From: Phallusia mammillata
Lineage: Eukaryota
Assembly: GCA_965637545.1 (NCBI GenBank)
Contig: OZ281496.1
Location: forward strand, 18,352,001-18,416,000
Length of the DNA: 64,000 nt
Direction: 5' to 3'
Of this stretch, positions 60,256 to 64,000 are shown piece after piece. The first letter of the stretch is position 1. Each line of letters starts with the position of its first letter. The position numbers were made by a program, and so were the translations under genes. The notes beneath the pieces were generated by a model. That model made no database searches, was not told where the DNA came from, and was given only the letters and a program-made list of their open reading frames with translations.

Positions 60256-62030
60256 TGGAAGATAGAGGAATCAGAGTGCAAGATTTGTTTACATTCTTTG
60301 ATGTATTTGTTAACATCCCTAACAATGCTAAAAGGAAAAAGCCAGCTTGAAAATATTTCAGTTGTAACTAAAGGATAGGCATACTGCATCAGAAAGGATC
60401 CATGTTGAGAGAGTCATAGGACTCGCTAAAATATACAAGATATTAAAACAATCCATGCCTCATTATGCTGCGCCTGTCAAATAAACTTATTTTTGTTTGT
60501 TAATTTGTTTTATGTTGACAAATGTTATCCAATGTATTGTTAGAGATAAGTGTTAATTTTTTTTGTGTATGTCAGTTAGGTTATGGCAGTTCTGTCCAGG
60601 ACAATGTGTTTTGTTTGTGGGTTGTCTATAGGATTATCTGGCTGTTGCATTAAAACATCCATGCTTTTATTTTATTTAGGTGTGTGTATTTTTGACAGTA
60701 ATTATGATTACCAACGAACTTGGACTCTGTGAATACTTTTTTGTGGTTTGTTTCTTACATTATTTTACCAAATGGCAACAAAACAATAAAGGTGGGTAAA
60801 AAAGATTTAAACATAAATCAAGAGCCCAAAAAGTACATGATAATGTATTCTTATGTTATCAACAAAACATTTAGTGTATAATTACTTAAACCAATAACCC
60901 ATTTGCAATTTTTCTGCTGCATATGGTAGCCATACTTTGACAAAAAGTGTTGCAATTTGGGCAATATAGGATTAGTAAAAACACGCTTATCAATAGGTAT
61001 TTTTTGCACAAATATATCTTTAAATGTATACACCACAAAGTAGCAGTACTGTTTATTAGCAATGCCCATTTGTCCTTGAATCTGAAATCTTTAAATTCAT
61101 ACACCACAAAGTAGCAGTACTGCTTATTAGCAATGCCCATTTGTCCTTGAATCTGAAAACTTAAAAATCTTCGAATTCATACACCACAAAGTAGCAGTAC
61201 TGCCTATTAGCAATGCCCATTTGTCCTTGAATCTGAAATCTTTAAATGTATACACCACAAAGTAGCAGTACTGCTTATTAGCAATGCCCATTTGTCCTTG
61301 AATCTGAAAACTTAAAAATCTTCGATTTCATACACCACAAAGTAGCAGTACTGCTTATACAGGTAATAAATAAAGTGAGTAATTACTTTTCAATTGATTT
61401 ACAAGGTGGTGAAACGTTTGAAGCTGATCCGGACAACTTTTCTTAACAGATAGCTCTCCTGTGATGTGAAATTTGGAAACCATAAGAGTTATGGCTGCTA
61501 GATGTTTGCATGTAGCAACAGGCCCTCTTCCTGCTGCACATTCACATTCTGAATTTACAATTTCTCCACTGTTTTTAAGTTTCATTTTGACATTATATAC
61601 AACATTTTTTCAGTGAAGCATGTACAATGCCACTTAAATAAAACTCAGATAAACATTTCAGACTAGGCATCCTTTCACAATAGCCTTCACATCACTGTTG
61701 GAAATTTTGTTACATGTGGACTTGAAATGAAAATAAACTTTCACTTGTTTCTCAGTTGTGTGTGGTATTTGATCCAAGCTGGTTATTTAAGTATCTATTT
61801 TGGGCCACTGTAACTCAGAGCTGCTAGCCTGCTACCTACATTCTCTCTCAAGCTCACAGCACAAGTGAAGTTGTCATTTCTATCATAAGCCTGAAGTCTG
61901 TGCACATGTAGTTATGCACAGAAAAAAACAAGAAGCTATTGCAAAAAAACACAGAAATAAATTAAATCCTCTTTCTTGCCGGTTGTTTTGGCACATCTTC
62001 TATTTAACTCGGATTTTAATTTGTATGTTG
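60256..62030. mobile_element. ISL2EU-type transposon remnant: DDE transposase C-terminus (+) converging on a SAP-SWIM-YqaJ gene (-)
   Basis: Plus strand: MEDRGIRVQDLF..NIP..RIHVERVIGLAKIYKIL. Minus strand: SAP WTTYKLKSELNRR..TGKKEDLI, SWIM CECAAGRGPVATCKHLAA, and YqaJ-type GQMGIANKQYCYFVVYT. Confidence 0.8.
61020..61358. repeat. Tandem array of alternating 71- and 80-bp units within the YqaJ exon
   Basis: TACACCACAAAGTAGCAGTACTG starts at 61029, 61100, 61180, 61251 and 61331 (spacings 71, 80, 71, 80). Confidence 0.93.
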
Positions 62031-62449
62031 TCCATTTAGAATATTCCATTTTTACTTGATTTATGTTGTCAAATAGTAGTGTTTTTTGGTAAAAATATGA
62101 CGGAGTGGAGTTGTGTTAATAGAGTAATGCGAAATTTAGGCCTCTAAATTTGAGCGCGTTTGTGCCGTTATGACAACTATAACTGTTGCGTGGCGACACC
62201 ATGCGGAAATGTCGATCCTTAACTGCCCCATTACGCGCATTTGCCCTCCAGCCTCATGCTGTCAGTTTCTCTCACAACCGCATTTACAACGATTCGTGCT
62301 TTCGTTTTCTACAGTTGTATTACTCTGCTGCTTTCGTCTTCTGTAATTTTTCTATGTTCGCTTCTCGTAATATCTATGTTCGTTATTGCATTTTGTGTTT
62401 TGCCTTATTGCTTGATGCATTTGTATTTTGTTTGCCGCTCCAACACCAA

Positions 62450-62651
62450 CATTCCACTTATCCATTCATTACCCTCCGCCCCTTCCCCTTTTAATTATTA
62501 AGTGAATAGTAACAGGTCAAGTGACTCGATGGCCAATGTTTGGCTCTCACTGACCCGATCGCGCAGTTACTACGTTCGTTTTAGTTTGGTTATGCAATTG
62601 TTTAAATTTCAAAGCGTGACAAATAAAACATTGAATTGAATTGAATTGAAT
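62450..62651 (+). mobile_element. Probable 3' end of a 5'-truncated LINE (CR1/L2-like)
   Basis: Small hairpin GCCAATGTTTGGC region, then AATAAA and a (TTGAA)4 tail at about 62631-62650. No RT motif seen. Confidence 0.45.
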
Positions 62652-63424
62652 AGGTTTTAACTGTTGAAGCTTTCGTGTTGCTGGTTGAATCTAACTGCCC
62701 ACATCTGCTCAAGAACTTTTGTACAAAATAACAATCTCAGTAACTTCCTCCGATAAAAAATAAAAATAGGTAATAAAATTACGATTTCCATCATACATTT
62801 TTCTTTTAATATTTTACTTTTATTTTAACAATATATTTTACTTTTATTTTCCGCCGTAACAAATTACCTAAAACCTAAATCGTTGTTAAAATTGCTCATT
62901 CGGCAAATGATCCTTTACGTATGTGCGTATGTTCTCGACGCACAGCAAACGTCTAAATCACACGAAGAAGTTGTGTCAAGTGCCTATTTGCAAATCAATG
63001 TGACAGAAATTAAAGGCTAAAGCGCGTAAAATGCATCGGTATTTGCTCCCATAAGGGCACAGATACTGCACACGGTATAGCCGCCGATGATCAAAATTAT
63101 TTTTTAAAGGGTCGCGGACAATTTAAAGAGATTAAAAGGGGTCGCGATCAAAAAAGTTTGGGAAGCCCTGTTCTAGCGGACAACTCCGTCCCGCGAGTCG
63201 TGGATACCTACCCTGCAGAGGATGGATCGGTACGCACGGCACTGGTCAAACCTAAAAAGCTTTGAAAAGGCCAATTGCCAAATTGTGCCTGATTCGCAAG
63301 GCAGACGAAAACTCGCGTCGCGTTGTTTCCGATTGCATATAGTGTATGTGTTTTGTTATGTGCTTGCTGTAGTGTTGTGTTTTTATTGGATGTGACGAAC
63401 GGATTCGCACATCGGGGCCGGGAA

Positions 63425-63785
63425 TGTTACAGCGAAATTTCGCCTTTATGTGCTTTCTTTCCCTGTTTCTAGTTCATGATCTGATTTCATTACCTGTGAC
63501 GTAACAAAGCGTCTGCCATGATTGGTGGAGAAATATCTAAAGTAACAATGCGTGTGATATCATTAGTGGTGCAATCTTGTGCTGATCACGTTTTACAGTT
63601 TCTTTCTGTGCTGTAAGCAGCCTTTTTAGTGGTCGCAGTTTGTGGTTGATCCAATTGAGTTTTGGAAATATTTATGTGCTAACATTATAGTGCATTATGT
63701 GCAGCTAATTAAGCAAAAGTTATGAAAATGCTGAAACGTCTTAGTCCGTCAAAGTGCCTGTATTTTCGGTCCTGGACTCCTAACA
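63425..63785 (+). repeat. BEL/Pao 3' LTR, 361 bp
   Basis: TGTTAC...CCTAACA, directly after the PPT; homologous to 48436-48797. Confidence 0.92.
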
Positions 63786-64000
63786 AGTTGGTACGTAATT
63801 GAATGTATAAATGTATTAGTTAAATGTAGTGATAATGTTTGTGGATGAGTTAGAGTTCTTGACTTTCTTAACGTGATATATGCTTTTAGTGTAAGTTTAT
63901 CGGCCATATTGAATGTGCGTATTATTGCCGATTGTGACACGTTTCAGTTCGTTTAACAGAGAACCAATGCTGTTGTGCAACAGAGAAGAATTGGCATCTG

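Larger units (their letters stand above)
58915..63170. mobile_element. hAT (Buster-type) element with nested content, inserted in the BEL integrase tail, 4256 bp
   Basis: Perfect 16-bp TIR CAGGGCTTCCCAAACT; TSD TTCTAGCG at 58907-58914 and 63171-63178. Confidence 0.93.
48436..63785 (+). mobile_element. Decayed BEL/Pao LTR retrotransposon inflated to 15.3 kb by nested insertions
   Basis: Related LTRs at both ends; PPT GGGGCCGGGAA before the 3' LTR; 5-bp flanks ATTTG / AGTTG (TSD with one mismatch); Pao-type coding remnants inside. Confidence 0.88.

Noticed and set aside
61020-61358. CRISPR-like repeat-spacer appearance
   Set aside because: The repeats are about 60 bp of coding sequence, the linkers recur in alternation, there are no cas genes, and the context is eukaryotic.

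Overview
AT-rich eukaryotic (animal) DNA with short GT-AG introns. The gene families present fit an invertebrate deuterostome, most likely an ascidian (inference, not proven). The window is a transposon-dense stretch of mostly broken genes. Left to right: (1) a SUEL/rhamnose-binding lectin gene split inside a coding exon by a near-intact Ty3/Gypsy element that has no target-site duplication; (2) an intronless ~900-codon gene for a GlnD/DUF294-type nucleotidyltransferase with a TPR tail, interrupted by one in-frame TGA; (3) a 7-exon C2HC zinc-finger/BESS-like gene carried between terminal inverted repeats; (4) a hAT remnant; (5) a secreted protein with collectin architecture (signal peptide, Cys region, collagen, neck) but a pentraxin head, split inside an exon by an apparently intact two-gene CACTA/EnSpm transposon; (6) a foldback element with an 18-bp/180-bp repeat hierarchy; (7) the TM4-TM7 part of an RXFP/GRL101-like GPCR; (8) a CUB-ZP-EGF-TM gene; (9) a 15.3-kb decayed BEL/Pao element holding nested Harbinger, Gypsy, hAT, ISL2EU and LINE pieces. 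Eleven hAT-type insertions have perfect 8-bp TSDs. No rRNA, tRNA or CRISPR. The best candidates for an undescribed system are the NTase-TPR gene and the collagen-pentraxin gene. All calls come from reading motifs by eye; no searches were run.
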